DNA of 64,000 nucleotides from Glaucostegus cemiculus (taxonomy: Eukaryota): positions 1,860,001-1,924,000 of the forward strand of contig CDPCPM010000280.1 in assembly GCA_976551045.1 (NCBI GenBank). Reading direction: 5' to 3'. The notes under the pieces were generated by a model. It saw only the letters and a list, made by a program, of their open reading frames with translations, was not told the DNA's origin and made no database searches. How positions within the stretch are numbered: position 1 is the first letter of the stretch; each line of letters opens with the position of its first letter. Positions 11,513 to 23,882 of this stretch are shown here, piece by piece. Both the position numbers and the translations under genes were made by a program.

Positions 11513-12084
11513 CATCATGTTATTTGCTCAGCATTTACTGCCTTTCCCTACTGGCCCTTCAGAAGGTGTTGGTGTCTGTGTCATCAAATACTCCCATGGT
11601 GCAGATGGGAGGGAATTGCAGGATGTAGACCTGTAGATGTAGATGGTGAATGAACTATGAGATATTTCCACGCGAGGACACTGTGCTACTTGATCTCAGA
11701 GACAAAACTTCCACTGCCTGTCAGGTTTGGAGCATTCGATATCTTGCTCATTCGGTTATACTCACACCTATTCCTTTAAACAGTAGACAACTTCACATGG
11801 GGACTTATTAACAGTTTGACCAGCTGGTCTGCAGTGGCCTCTGAGGTAATGGAAGCACTCAAAAGGGCAGTTAATAACCCAACAGTGGAATACAGGCTGG
11901 ATTTTTCCCTGCTGTTGCAATATTTAATCTATTTTACATGGAATTGAACCAGGGGAAGAGGGTTCATTAAAATTTTTTTGATGTAGATGACAATATTCAA
12001 AGGAGCAGATGTAACAGGACAACTCACCAATTGTACAAAAAAACATAACATTGGAAGAACATTGGAATTCATTGTAAAATACGT

Positions 12085-12182
12085 ACGGGTAGGTTAATTT
12101 AGGGGTTTAAAATGGGCGGCGCGGACTCATTGGGCCGAAAGGGCCTGTTATCACGCTGTAAATACAATTTAAAAAAATTTAA
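12085..12182 (+). mobile_element. Young SINE/LINE 3' tail (V-SINE/CR1-shared tail), CpG-intact
   Basis: ggtaggttaatttaggggtttaaaatgggcggcgcggactcattgggccgaaagggcctgttatcacgctgtaaata followed by an A/T tail. Confidence 0.7.
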
Positions 12183-12334
12183 GAACCAGTGGATTAAGCA
12201 GCATCTGCAGAGGCAAAAGGTGTTAAGTTGGCAGTTTGGGATGAGACCGAGAGGGAAGAGGAAAGACTGCCGGTATAATTCTTCTGTGGTTGTTCCCGTC
12301 ATGGCAACACTGACCAGAAGCCACAGGAGCATCT

Positions 12335-12520
12335 GTGGCTTGGGCAAATTCAGACCAAAAGATTGTGGGTTCATGTCCCACTCTGGGATGTAAACCAGGC
12401 TGGTACTTCAGCACAATACTGAGGGAGTGCTGGGCTGGCCCAACACTGCTTACACTTCCAAAGTACTTCAGTTCCTGCACAGACCTTTGGGATCTTGTGA
12501 CATTAATAGATGCTTCTTTC
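12335..12520 (+). mobile_element. SacSINE1/DeuSINE-like fragment (tRNA-like head plus tail)
   Basis: gattgtgggttcatgtcccactc B-box-like head; aggctggtacttcagcacaatactgagggagtgctg; acacttccaaagtacttca tail. Confidence 0.6.
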
Positions 12521-13910
12521 CTGGTTTTGAGGGACATTTAGTTTAAAACCTGCGAGTAAATTAATCTCCACCCCCATAAGAATTTTCAACTCTTTTAAAG
12601 AGATTCAGGTTGCTTGGAGGGAAACCAGACTGGTTGCACTGTGCAGACACCCAGGAGCAGCAGAAACTTCCCCCAAAATGCTTGGGTGCTCCTCTGGGAA
12701 TCCAACTAATTAGGGCAACCTGGAGATATTTGTGCAAGTAAATTCCATCAGCTTAACACTGGCAAACCCAGCTGCAGGAATACCTTGACTTGGAACTGTG
12801 CCCACAAAAACAGAATGGTGTCAATGATTTCTGCATGGCCTGGAATGGATGGGCCAAAGGAGGATTTTTCATCCCTGTGAATAACTATTGAGACCATTAA
12901 ACTAAGAATGCCGTGGCTGAAGGTTACAAAGTAAAATCTGTTGATTCTGCCTTCCAGAGCCACGCTTTATCAGAGGCTGGGCCAGTTACTTTTCCCATGG
13001 TCACTTTTCCCCCAGACATTGCAGGGTTATGTGGTGCCTCCTCCTCTACAGTCCAGCTGGTAAAGGGACTGTCAATAGGGACCACTAATACAACCATGAA
13101 GGATCCAAGATCAGCCAAGGTTGATTTTGGATGGACCGGCAATTACTGACCTTTCGTTGGCCCCTGGTATCATTAAGCTAGAGAGAAGCAAACCAGCAAG
13201 CGTTCTCCCTGCCGTGTGCTGCTCCACGTTCTGGGTGTAAGTGGCCGTGTGCAAGTACTGGATTGCGCTGGGCTGTGCATCCTTTCATCAACCAGCCAGC
13301 AAGCAACTTGGCCAACATACCAGAGGACTGCTGCATTTTAGTGAGAGGCAAAAATAAGTTCTGGGGAGTTGGAGGAAGTGGGGAATCTGGCACTGACTGG
13401 TTTCTCTCTCTCTCTCTCTGCCCTCTTTTTTTTATACTTTGTACTGGTTCAGTTTGTCACCTGTACAAGGATTAAGCACAGTTGATCTGACCTGACCGTA
13501 CTCAATAAACCAGTACCCTATGTAAAAGAATATTTATGAGGGCGATTCATTATAGGTTTCAGTGGCAATGGCTGCAGAAAGAAACCACATACCTTGGGAG
13601 AAGAACACTGTTTTAAGATATGGATCGTCAGAAAGATGAAAAACCATGTTCTGGGCAAACATTTTTTATTTATGGTAATGCCATCTATACACTGTACATT
13701 CAGTCACTGTGTCCATTGCAAACTGTGGTTTTGCATTGCTATTTCTTACATATCTCATCAAGTCCTTTATTTTACATTACTGGTAGGAAGGTCAGGGAGT
13801 GGAATGGTGGAAAGGAAAGAGGGGAAGGGGCAGACAGGTACACAGCGCACTAGATAAATAAGCCAAGCAGTTTTTTTTTGTTTAGGCATTTATAAACAAG
13901 AAAGCATACA

Positions 13911-13916
13911 TTTATT
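13911..13916 (-). terminator. Probable SKI polyadenylation signal AATAAA
   Basis: Minus strand reads ttttatgtaatAATAAAtgtatgc, with an upstream UGUA and U/GU-rich sequence (cttatttatctagtgcgctgtgtacctgtctg) ~55-80 nt downstream. Other AATAAA hexamers occur nearby (about 13665-13670 and 13766-13771). Confidence 0.55.
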
Positions 13917-13962
13917 ATTACATAAAAATAGTTCTAAAGATTGGAAATTAAGTTGCTTATCT

Positions 13963-13970
13963 TAGCAGCA
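13963..13970 (-). promoter_or_regulatory. miR-15/16 family 8mer target site (TGCTGCTA) near the 3' UTR end
   Basis: The plus strand reads tagcagca, the first 8 nt of miR-15/16. It lies ~50 nt upstream of the putative AATAAA. Confidence 0.55.
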
Positions 13971-16553
13971 GCTTACGTATGAAAGAAAATCAAATATAAA
14001 TATGTTGAAATGCATAGGTAATGCGACCGAGAGTCCTGCTGGCTGATGTAGAACGAGGACGCAGTAAAGAGGCCCAAATACAGTGTCATTCCAGATCAAC
14101 TGTTGCAAATAACAATTGTTCATTCTTCTGAAAATTATTCTAAGGAGAGTAAAAATATGATGCTTTGTTTTAAGAAAAACAGCCTTAATATTGGGTGGGG
14201 GGGGGGGGAAGTAAAGATTAAAGATGAATTTCTCAAACATTAAAAAAAGAGTTTGGGAGGGCGCAGGTAAAGCTGGAACCCATTTCAAAGTGAGTCCTTT
14301 GGAGCAATTACTGACTGCAGTAATTCAGGCAATAACACAATCCAATAACAAGACAACTCTGACATATTAAAGATCAGAAAAAATATTGGAGGTGAGCACA
14401 ATATACACTTATAATACAGAGCATAAAATGAAAAAAAAAGTATTTACAGGGTTTTTTTGTACACTGGCTAGTTCATAGTGAAGCAGTTTAAAATGATAAC
14501 TGGGTTTTTATGCCAATAGGTCCCCTTGAATAGAAGGCTCATGACTCTTATTCAAAGCAGGAGTTGGTTTTCATTTAAAAAAATCCCTTGTTATGATATG
14601 GAAATAACTGGCACCAGTTGACCATAAAACAATAGCAATGGGGATAGTAGAGTCAAAACAAGTGACCGCACCATAAAATAATAGATTATTGTGTTACTGT
14701 GTGTTAAAGGATTAAATACTGCTTTATGTGTTTATGTATACATTACTTAAAAAAAAGACAACCCTCGCACACCACACACAAGGAAACTAACTGGTATAAA
14801 AAATTACAAATAAAAAACTACATTAACATAAAAACATGAAAAACTATTTATTACTGTAATCAACCCTCTTCTGTACTCTTCTCATCTGCATGCAAAACTC
14901 TATTAAGATTTAACTAAAAACTATTTGAACAATTTTTTTTCCATCAAGTAACTCTGGACATTATTGGTGCAAAAACCCAGCTGTAGTTAGCTGCCCCTCA
15001 GATATAAAGCATTATTGCTGAAGAATGTATTCATTTAAAAAAATTTTTTTCCTGAATTTTTTTTTTGCCTTTTATCCCCCCACTATTTGAAAGTTTTGTA
15101 TTAAAGTAACATGAATCATCACTACCGACTGAACAATAAGCCGCTTACAAAAAGAACAAAACAAAAAGACATCTCTTCTGCCAGGGAAGTCAGTGGCTGC
15201 TACTGCACTGCTCCTCCTTTTTTGCATTACTGTATCAAACAAGAAAGAGTCAATAAAACAGATTGTATGAGACACCAGAAAAGAGAATAATGACATATAA
15301 GGCTGATTTTTTTTTGCATATTATATAAACATAAAACCCTTTAAATATACAAGTTTTAATGCCCGTTAAAGAGTACTGTATGGTAGAAATATTGTAACTC
15401 CATGCATATGAAAGATATCGAGTCTTCCCATTAAAAAAAAAACACAGATAAAGCAGAAATATCCCACATAATTGCATAAGCGTGATCTATGTTCCATTTG
15501 CATTGCACTCATAACTGGGGAATTGTTACGTGTTTGTATTAAAGTTTTGTATTCACAAAAGTGAATCTGGATCCCACAGCACGTTGGGATTATCACAATC
15601 CACTGTTGCACCCTTAAGAAAGTTTACAACGTTCACCCCATTTCCTCCAGATTTATGTTCAACATCATACACACCCACGACTCTTGAGCTGCCCTGTCAA
15701 CGCTTCCAATTGATAGGTTTCATTTGTACCTAAATTCTGAAGACCTGCCTCTTAAATCTCACAGTAACAATGGCGATTATACTGGATTCATGCAGAATAT
15801 TTTAAAACACTTTTTTTTTTGCTTTTATTCATTCCGTGATAAATATATTTTTTATCCTTATTAATGAAACACAGCAGCGGATGTCTTTTAAGTATTAAGA
15901 GAGAAAAACATTAATGTAGTTTACATTAGAGCAGTACACTAACATCAGATTACTAGATCTTATTGGGTCCTGGCTAGGTTTTAGATAACGCAGCAGAGGC
16001 ACAACATATATGTTTTGTCATACTTGTTCCAACAACCCCACCCCAACACTTGAGGTTGCCACACAGACGGTTAGCAGGACAGGATGGAAAGTTCAGTGGG
16101 TCTGGCTTCATGTCATGTTCTGGATTTTGGATGGAAGTGGTGTCTGCTTACAGGCTTTGTCATGTGAAAATGTAATAGTGCTATTGGTGGGAGAGGGGAG
16201 GGGAATGTTCATTGTGGGTGAAACCTGGGAGTGGGTTGGAGGTGGGAGACAAAAGAAAACGTGCAGTAGGCCAGAAAGATCAACATTTTCGTTTCCTCCA
16301 ATGGAGTACCTCAGATCTACTTGGTACTAAATCTGAAAAAAGAACTGACACAGCTCACATGACCAAAGCAAGGCACAGAACCTACCTCCTCCAGAGGAAG
16401 TGAATTAAAATACAACAAATTCTTCCGATAGAAAGAAGGATTTATAGAATGAAATCAGATTTGTTCTGTGCAGAAGTTGTGTCAATGTGAATCTTGCTCG
16501 GTTGCAGTATGTTTAAAAGCCAATAGTTCCATCACTGATTCTTAATGGGGCGT

Positions 16554-16577
16554 ACACACACACACACACACACACAC
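16554..16577. repeat. (AC)12 microsatellite within SKI 3' UTR
   Basis: Directly visible. Confidence 0.95.
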
Positions 16578-17414
16578 GTATCTTACTAAGCAAGATACCC
16601 AACTGATCCTGTACTCTGTAAATGTTAGTTCAGCAAACACAATGAATCACTGAACGGTACAATGCAGAAAAACAAAAAAAATCTGAAAAAAATACAATAA
16701 TATTGATGAACAAAAGAGCACTGTAAATACTGTGAACAGAGAAAAGCAGCAGGTACAAAATGCTGCTTTGGTAAAATTTACTAAATTTTGCAAAAAAACA
16801 TATTTTGGAATGGTGTCCCAATTATAACGATTTTTCTTCTGTTGCTTGTAATCTCTTAACAACTGTCCCAGTTTTCTTTGTGATATTTCCCTCTGTCTCT
16901 CCATCCATTTTCTTCTTTTCACTGAAGTGTACTGGAGTTAGAATCACACTGTGATCACTTCTCTCAAACAAAAATAAAACCAGAAAAATTTCAAGTCTTT
17001 CCAGAGAATGCTCTGTTGCTGATAAGGCCAAGCAAGTATTTAATATCCCCTCCAGCTGAAAATAATCCAACTAAACATAGAGATGGTGGTTGGGGAGGGT
17101 AGGAGGACAGGAAATGAAAAAGTCTTTGAAAGGCTCCATGAGCTATTTATCTTTTTTTTTAAAAAAAGAAGGGGTGTTGCAGTAAAGTTGTTCCATGGCT
17201 TCCGATTTGACTCATGGTGATTTAAATCAGGAAGAAAAAAAATTGGAGAGTTCTGGGGAGCAACAGCAGCTGACACAATGGGCAGTCCTGGGGAAACCAC
17301 ATGAGACGCATCAAGGAGAAAGCAAGTTTTCATAACAACTGCACATATTTCAAACTTGGTTTAAAATCAAGTCTTCTGTTTCCAAAACAGTTTTTCTTTG
17401 TTTCGATACTTCAA

Positions 17415-17422
17415 TAGCTTAT
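17415..17422 (-). promoter_or_regulatory. miR-21 8mer target site (ATAAGCTA) in SKI 3' UTR
   Basis: The plus strand reads tagcttat, identical to the first 8 nt of miR-21-5p. Confidence 0.6.
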
Positions 17423-17869
17423 TACAAAAGTAAAATTTGAAGAGTTCTGTAAATTACCAGAGAAAGCACAGCCAACCCCTTCCCCTCCCCTTTCTCTTCC
17501 TCCTCCCTTTTATTTTATTTGGTACAATATTTGACAGTTGTCCAGGAATCCTGTACATCATGTGATGCGCTGTAGAAAAAAAACCCTAAATAGCAGAAAA
17601 AAAAATCCTCGGTGCTGTCACTAACCGTATTAAAGTATCTCAGAAATAGTTTAACGTCTGAAGTCTGGCAGGATGGCAGGCACACATTTTCTGTGTGGTA
17701 CTGTGTCATTAGGGGAGGGTAGTATCAGTGCGTGTGTCTGAAGTAACATTCTTTCTCCGAAAACAGCCAACTCTTGTATCCTCCGTGTGTATGTGTGAAT
17801 ATATACACATACGTTCACACAAACACACTCACGCACACGCAGCCACACACAGTTTTGTGTATTTTTCTT

Positions 17870-18082
<213 letters not shown>

Positions 18083-18416
18083 TTAAATGGTTTTGAAAAG
18101 ACAAGGGGCAATAGCATTGGCAAAGGATAGAGTGTAGAGTAGGTCTATTGTACAAGTACAAGAACATTGTTAGAGATACGTGTTATGAGTATGGATTATA
18201 AAAATGATCATGCTAATCAATAATTACCATTAAAGTATAACAGACTGAGAAGAATGTTTCTGGTGAGGTACAGACTTCATCACTTGACCTAGTTTGGCCC
18301 CTCTTTCTCACAGCATTACCCTACCAACTAATGGTCATGTAGGCAAGTATTACTTAAGCCAACGAACACTCAGTTGGAGAGGATAGTGAGCGCTGGCTCT
18401 AGCTGGATGTCAGCAT

Positions 18417-18585
18417 TGTTATGGCCGCAGAGTGGTCAGTGCTGCTGCCTCACAGCTCCAGGGACCCAGGTTCAATCTTGGGTTTGTGGGGAGTTGCATG
18501 TTCTTCCTGTAACTGCATGGGTTGCCCCCGGTTTGCTCTATTGTTAGGTTAACTTGGCCCTAGTGTAGATGGATGGCAGGAGAAC

Positions 18586-18657
<72 letters not shown>

Positions 18658-18772
18658 GATGGGGGGGAGGCAAGAGTTGATGGGGATGCAAGAGGAAGAT
18701 TGGGATCAGTGTTTGATGTGCAGAACAGACGCAGAGAGCTGAAGGCCCCATTTGTACTGTACGACTCCATTG
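18417..18772 (+). mobile_element. tRNA-derived V-SINE (HE1-like) with internal (TG)n expansion
   Basis: A-box-like tggccgcagagtggtc, gctgcctcacagctccagggacccaggttcaatc (B box), V-domain gtggggagttgcatgttcttcctgtaactgcatgggtt and a CR1-type tail gctgaaggccccatttgtactgta. Confidence 0.85.
18587..18655. repeat. (TG)~34 microsatellite
   Basis: Directly visible. Confidence 0.98.
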
Positions 18773-18894
18773 TTAGAGTTTAGGTAGATGTCATGCCTGT
18801 GGCAGATTTTGCTGGCTGCTGGCTCAAGGAGCTGAATAGCTACTCCTGTAACTACAAAACGCCTGTTCCCTCTGGGGAAACCCAATATACAAAC

Positions 18895-19410
18895 CCAAGA
18901 AACAGGAGTGCAAGAAGCCGCTCAGTCCCTCGTACCTGTTCTGTCATTGAATTAGATCAGGGCTGATCTTTTACCTCAGCACCACCTTCCTGCACTAGTC
19001 TATTGATTACTTTAATATGCAAAACTCTCATCTCTGTACTGAATGTTCACGGTTCTCTTGGATAGAGACCTCCAAAGATGCATCACCCTCTGGGTGAAAA
19101 AATTTCTTCTCATCTCAGCTCTAACTGCCCAACCCTTTGTTTTGAGACAGTTACCCCTGGTCCTCGACACCCCAACCGGGTGAAACATTATCACTGCACC
19201 CACCCTGTCAGGTCCCATAAGAATTCTGTGTGTTTCAATGAGGTCATCTCTCATCCTTTTAAACTTTGCAAAGTTAACTCCAGTCTGCTTAATCTCTCCT
19301 CACTGAACAACTCCCCTGTCCCAGGGATCCATTTGGTAAACCTCTGTTGCACTCCATCTATCTCAAGTACATTGCTTCTTAGTTAGGGAGACCAGAACTG
19401 AGCACATTAC
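18895..19410 (-). mobile_element. CR1 LINE ORF2 C-terminus/3' UTR fragment
   Basis: ORF 19012..19254(-): MRDDLIETHRILMGPDRV...MFHPVGVSRTRGNCLKTKG...EMRRNFFTQRVMHLW. Confidence 0.9.
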
Positions 19411-20339
19411 CTTTACCTTTAACTTCTCTTAGCCACAGGTCAACCACTTTAGCTTAAGGTTTTGCATCCAAGAAGGATATACACATTGCAAATTATGCAT
19501 TAATTTTTTAAATGTTAGTCATTGCTTGTTTACTTACACCTTTCACTCTTCCCCAAAGGGGCCCTAACTACAATAGTATTAGTTAATTAATCGCACAATA
19601 CTAGGTTTAAAATCACCTGTTCCCTGGATGGTACATCTGTATGGCACAATAGAGAATAATTGCAGAAATATAGTTCTAATGAAAAATCATCAACCCACTG
19701 AATGTTTCCAGGAATGTTCTTTTCTGTTGCCGTTTTACTTAGTTCAACCCTGAAGAAATTTGTTGTGGAAATTAAGGCCTAGCTTTATGTTCAATACAAA
19801 CTTAACTGTAACTTGATTAAAAAAATCACTTTGTCAGAAGTGTTGACATTATATGTAGGTACACTCCAAGTTGTACTACTGAACAGAAGATCAACAGAAG
19901 TGTTCAAGATGCTCCCTTACTATTGTTTTAAATTCTCAGCAGTAAAACCCCTGACAGATGTTTCACTCTGATGCACCATAATCACAGTAATCAGGTCTAC
20001 ACAGACATGGCACTTGTATTTTTTTCCAAAACTGATAATAATTTAGTAAGCACAGCATTGAAGAAGAGTTAATATGTTCAAGAGGAGGCACAGAATGTGC
20101 TTGCCTTGGCATTCAATAAGTTAACTAACATTGTAAACAACTTTCCTGGTAAAGGAAATTAAACCATCTCACAAACGTGAAGTGGAGATAATGGAGAGGA
20201 CACTGATTGAGAATTAAAGTGCATCACAATTCATTATGACATACTATTCACATCCTGGTTAACAGCAACAGATGAAGTCGCCTTTGGACTCTTGTTAGCT
20301 GTTTTCCCACCCCCTCTTCACCTGCTATATTTACTATGT

Positions 20340-20374
<35 letters not shown>
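20340..20374. repeat. Compound (TC)n(AC)n microsatellite
   Basis: Directly visible. Confidence 0.95.
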
Positions 20375-22540
20375 GAAGATAATTTATGTGTCTGAGAGGT
20401 GTAATTGGCTTGCAACTGAGGATACTAGTACAATATAATGAACAATCCTCAGCTCAGCTATAACCAGAGGTCAGGCTTATGCCATAGAACTCCAGCATTG
20501 CAAGCCTGACAATTAAATCTTAATTAGAAGACAGCAGCCAATACAACACGTGGAAGAAATAGGTGAAAATTGTAATGTGAATAGATGCATAAAACCTTAA
20601 GTGCTGCTGGCAGGTGTAGATAATGTCAGGGAAGTCACCACGGGAATATTTCATTACTGCACCTCTCTTCTAATTTTTCTTCATTATTATTTCCTCGTTC
20701 ACTTTACAGCACACACCATTACCCCATCCAAAAGAGAGGATAGCGGGCTGCCACTGTTCTGTGACCAGCTGTTAGAAAGCATGTCTCCCTGTCAATTAGC
20801 TGCCCTCCCTCCAGCGCTTCCCCCAACGTCCATTACTGAAAAATCATGTCGTAGCCTCTTTCACTCCCAAATAACAACTGTGATCCATAAATACACAATA
20901 ATCTCCCTTTCAATAAGACTTTGGTGAAACTCTCGGCTTCACGATTGAATGGGAATAGGTAGTGGCACGCCAGAGGTGAGCCCAATTCTGGTCCCAGCCA
21001 CACCTTCAGAGATTAGAAACCAGTGCAGGAGCTAATGAGATCAAATATAGTGCTGCAGCTAAAGCCAGAGATAAAGGTTAGTTACGGACCCAACTCAGGA
21101 CCTTTCTGCCTGATGCTGGGTTCAGATACTCCATCTCTAATCTAATGAACTAACAACAGAATAATGTCTAGATCATTAACCAAATTCTGCTCTAGTTTCT
21201 TCTTTAATACTTGAATCAATATCTGTCCCTAATGCATGCATCTCTGGGTAGATATGCATGCAAAGCATGTAGCTACGGCAACAAGGATGCTCCATTATTC
21301 TCATTTATTTATCTAACATAACTTTGTAGGAGATAAAATCTGCACCAAATGCTTTATTTCATTGTATCATGTGTTCAATCATGTTTTGGTTATGGGTTTA
21401 ATCCTCCACCCAAAAGTTGAGCAAATGATCTGAGGCCCCCATTTCCATGTGCTAGAGGAAGTGGTATTTGTTGGAGGAGAATGGAAGTTTCATTGTTGCA
21501 CAAGTAATTACCTTAAAAATTATCTTGCTATGAAAACACTGAAAAGAGGGTGGTCTTGTCTGGTAACCATTCTAAAAAGTTTCACAGAGCTTTGATGTGG
21601 TTGCTACACAGGTTTTACACTTACAAGCACACGTTACAACATATAGATTCACACAGTAAAACCCTGTGAAAATGTCACATTAGTAACATTGACACTGTCA
21701 CCAATTAACAGCTGTAATGTCTCACCTACATGAATAAACTTTGTGTTCCTATTACATTGCAACTATTTGGTGCAGAAAGGTCAGGTCAGCCATTTCCCTT
21801 AACCAGAAATGTACTGTGGGCAACACCCATATAGCAGTTCCTACTCAGTTTTGTTTAGTCTGCCATAGTCGTTCTCTGCAACTCTGCATGATGTTGAAAC
21901 GGAAATCTACATCATTTCCCTTTCCTTCATTTGATTGTTAATGTCTTGAATCTGCAATACTTTCTCTGTTCTTAATCTTCCTGCTCAATTTTGGGAGTGG
22001 AGAAGCACTGTTGAATCTTTACACTCTCCTTAATGTAGAAGCTTACCCAAACTACCCCACTCGTTCTGTCAAGGGACACCATAGTAGAAAGTTGCCCTTA
22101 GTTATCAGTGTTAAAGATGCAAATATTATAGCAGCTGTGCACTGAAGTCCACTTCTGAAATTCCCGGTTTTGAAGTACAGTGACTGCTATTATGTTGTAT
22201 CTTCCAAATTATAGGCAACTTGTTTCTGTATGGGTTCAGTGAAATTCAATTAGAAACTGCACTTACATAATACATAAGATTATTTTTTTTTAAAGGTAAC
22301 ATGTGGCATCAACGTCATACACTGAACAGTGTGACAAAGTCCAGGGTTATAAGTAGCAACTGTTCAAAAGTACTGGATAGGCACTGAACTTATGGAGACG
22401 ACAGAGCAAGGGACTTGTTAAATTGGATAACGAGGCTTTACTCAGAATTTGGTTAGTAAACTGAAAATGAAGACTTTTACCCCTTCGCCCCATCACGGTG
22501 CCTACCCTGGGCCATGACAGCTCACTGGTAGGATGGCTCA

Positions 22541-22737
22541 TGGAATGCGCCGCCTGGGGTGGTAATAGAGGCAGATACGTTGGACAGGTTCAAGAGATTG
22601 TTGGATAGGCACATGGAAGAATGTGGAATAGTAGGATATGTGGGAGGAAAGAGTTAGATTGTGAGACGTTTGAAGGATGGCACAACTTGGTGGGCCGAAG
22701 GGCCTGTTTTGTGCTGTATTGTTCTATGGTTCTATGG
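22541..22737 (+). mobile_element. CR1 LINE 3' end
   Basis: tggaatgcgccgcctggggtggtaatagaggcagatacg...gggccgaagggcctgttttgtgctgtattgttctatggttctatgg (octamer-repeat tail). Confidence 0.9.
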
Positions 22738-23636
22738 TCAGGATTGCTCAGACTTGGCACAGAGAAGGACAGTTGCCATTTGCTGCTTGCCTGTCATAAT
22801 CACATGAATGCAGATACCAAGTCTGCCTTGGAATCAGCGTCTGCAGGTTCAGACTGCATTGCCAGCATAAGCAGACAAGCAGTGAATTTCTCCACTTCAT
22901 AGTCTGGTTCAGATGTGAAGAATGCCATTTACAACAGCACTGGATCACCCCAGGGAAATGTAACTCAGCATTAGTCAACTGCATTGCTGGTTGTGGTGGG
23001 AGGGGGTGTGGGTGAGAGGTGGAAGGAGCAGAAAATTGAAATAAACAAAAGAAGCATGTTAATTGTATCCAATTGATGTACATCAATTAGTGTTAATTGT
23101 ATTCAGGTGGTAGGCATCAACTGGGGATTCTACTGTATTCATTTGTACAGGATCTGACTTGGGAAGAGGAGAATGAGCTTACCCACACACCATGACATGG
23201 AGAATGTTTCCCGGTGAATAATTCCATCCTCCTCCACCTGGCTACTTAACCTTATATGCATGGGAAATCACGTCTTGCATTCTACGTACCATCTTCCCCA
23301 ACTCATCCCTCAACTACCCAATTCCACTCTGCCTTACCTGCCACACCCATCTGGATGCATTGCACCCAAAGTTAGACCAGTGATGTTAAATTTCTCCCTG
23401 ACACAGCCAACAGAAGTTGAGAATCAACAGGGATTGATGTACCTTATGTTCACAGCCATGAAAGCCTATCCCCTGCAGATCTTGGGTAACCTCCCAGAAG
23501 TATTAAGATTGTGGCTTTCCTGTTCTCATAACTCAAATTATCAGTCACAACATGATGCAACTGTGAAGTAGTACTCTTGCAATCCAAAGCAAAGCGTGAA
23601 GTTAGGTAACTTTAAGTCTATTACTGAGTTCAATCA

Positions 23637-23882
<246 letters not shown>

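Larger units (their letters stand above)
13890..17869 (-). other. SKI: SKI 3' UTR (~4 kb, AU-rich, apparently free of transposon fragments)
   Basis: Follows the stop codon. U-rich on the minus strand, with no recognizable LINE/SINE pieces (unlike the flanks), miRNA seed matches and Pumilio motifs. Ends at an AATAAA. The 3' end is inferred. Confidence 0.7.

Noticed and set aside
18417-18482. tRNA gene
   Set aside because: The A/B boxes belong to a tRNA-derived V-SINE head; no complete cloverleaf.
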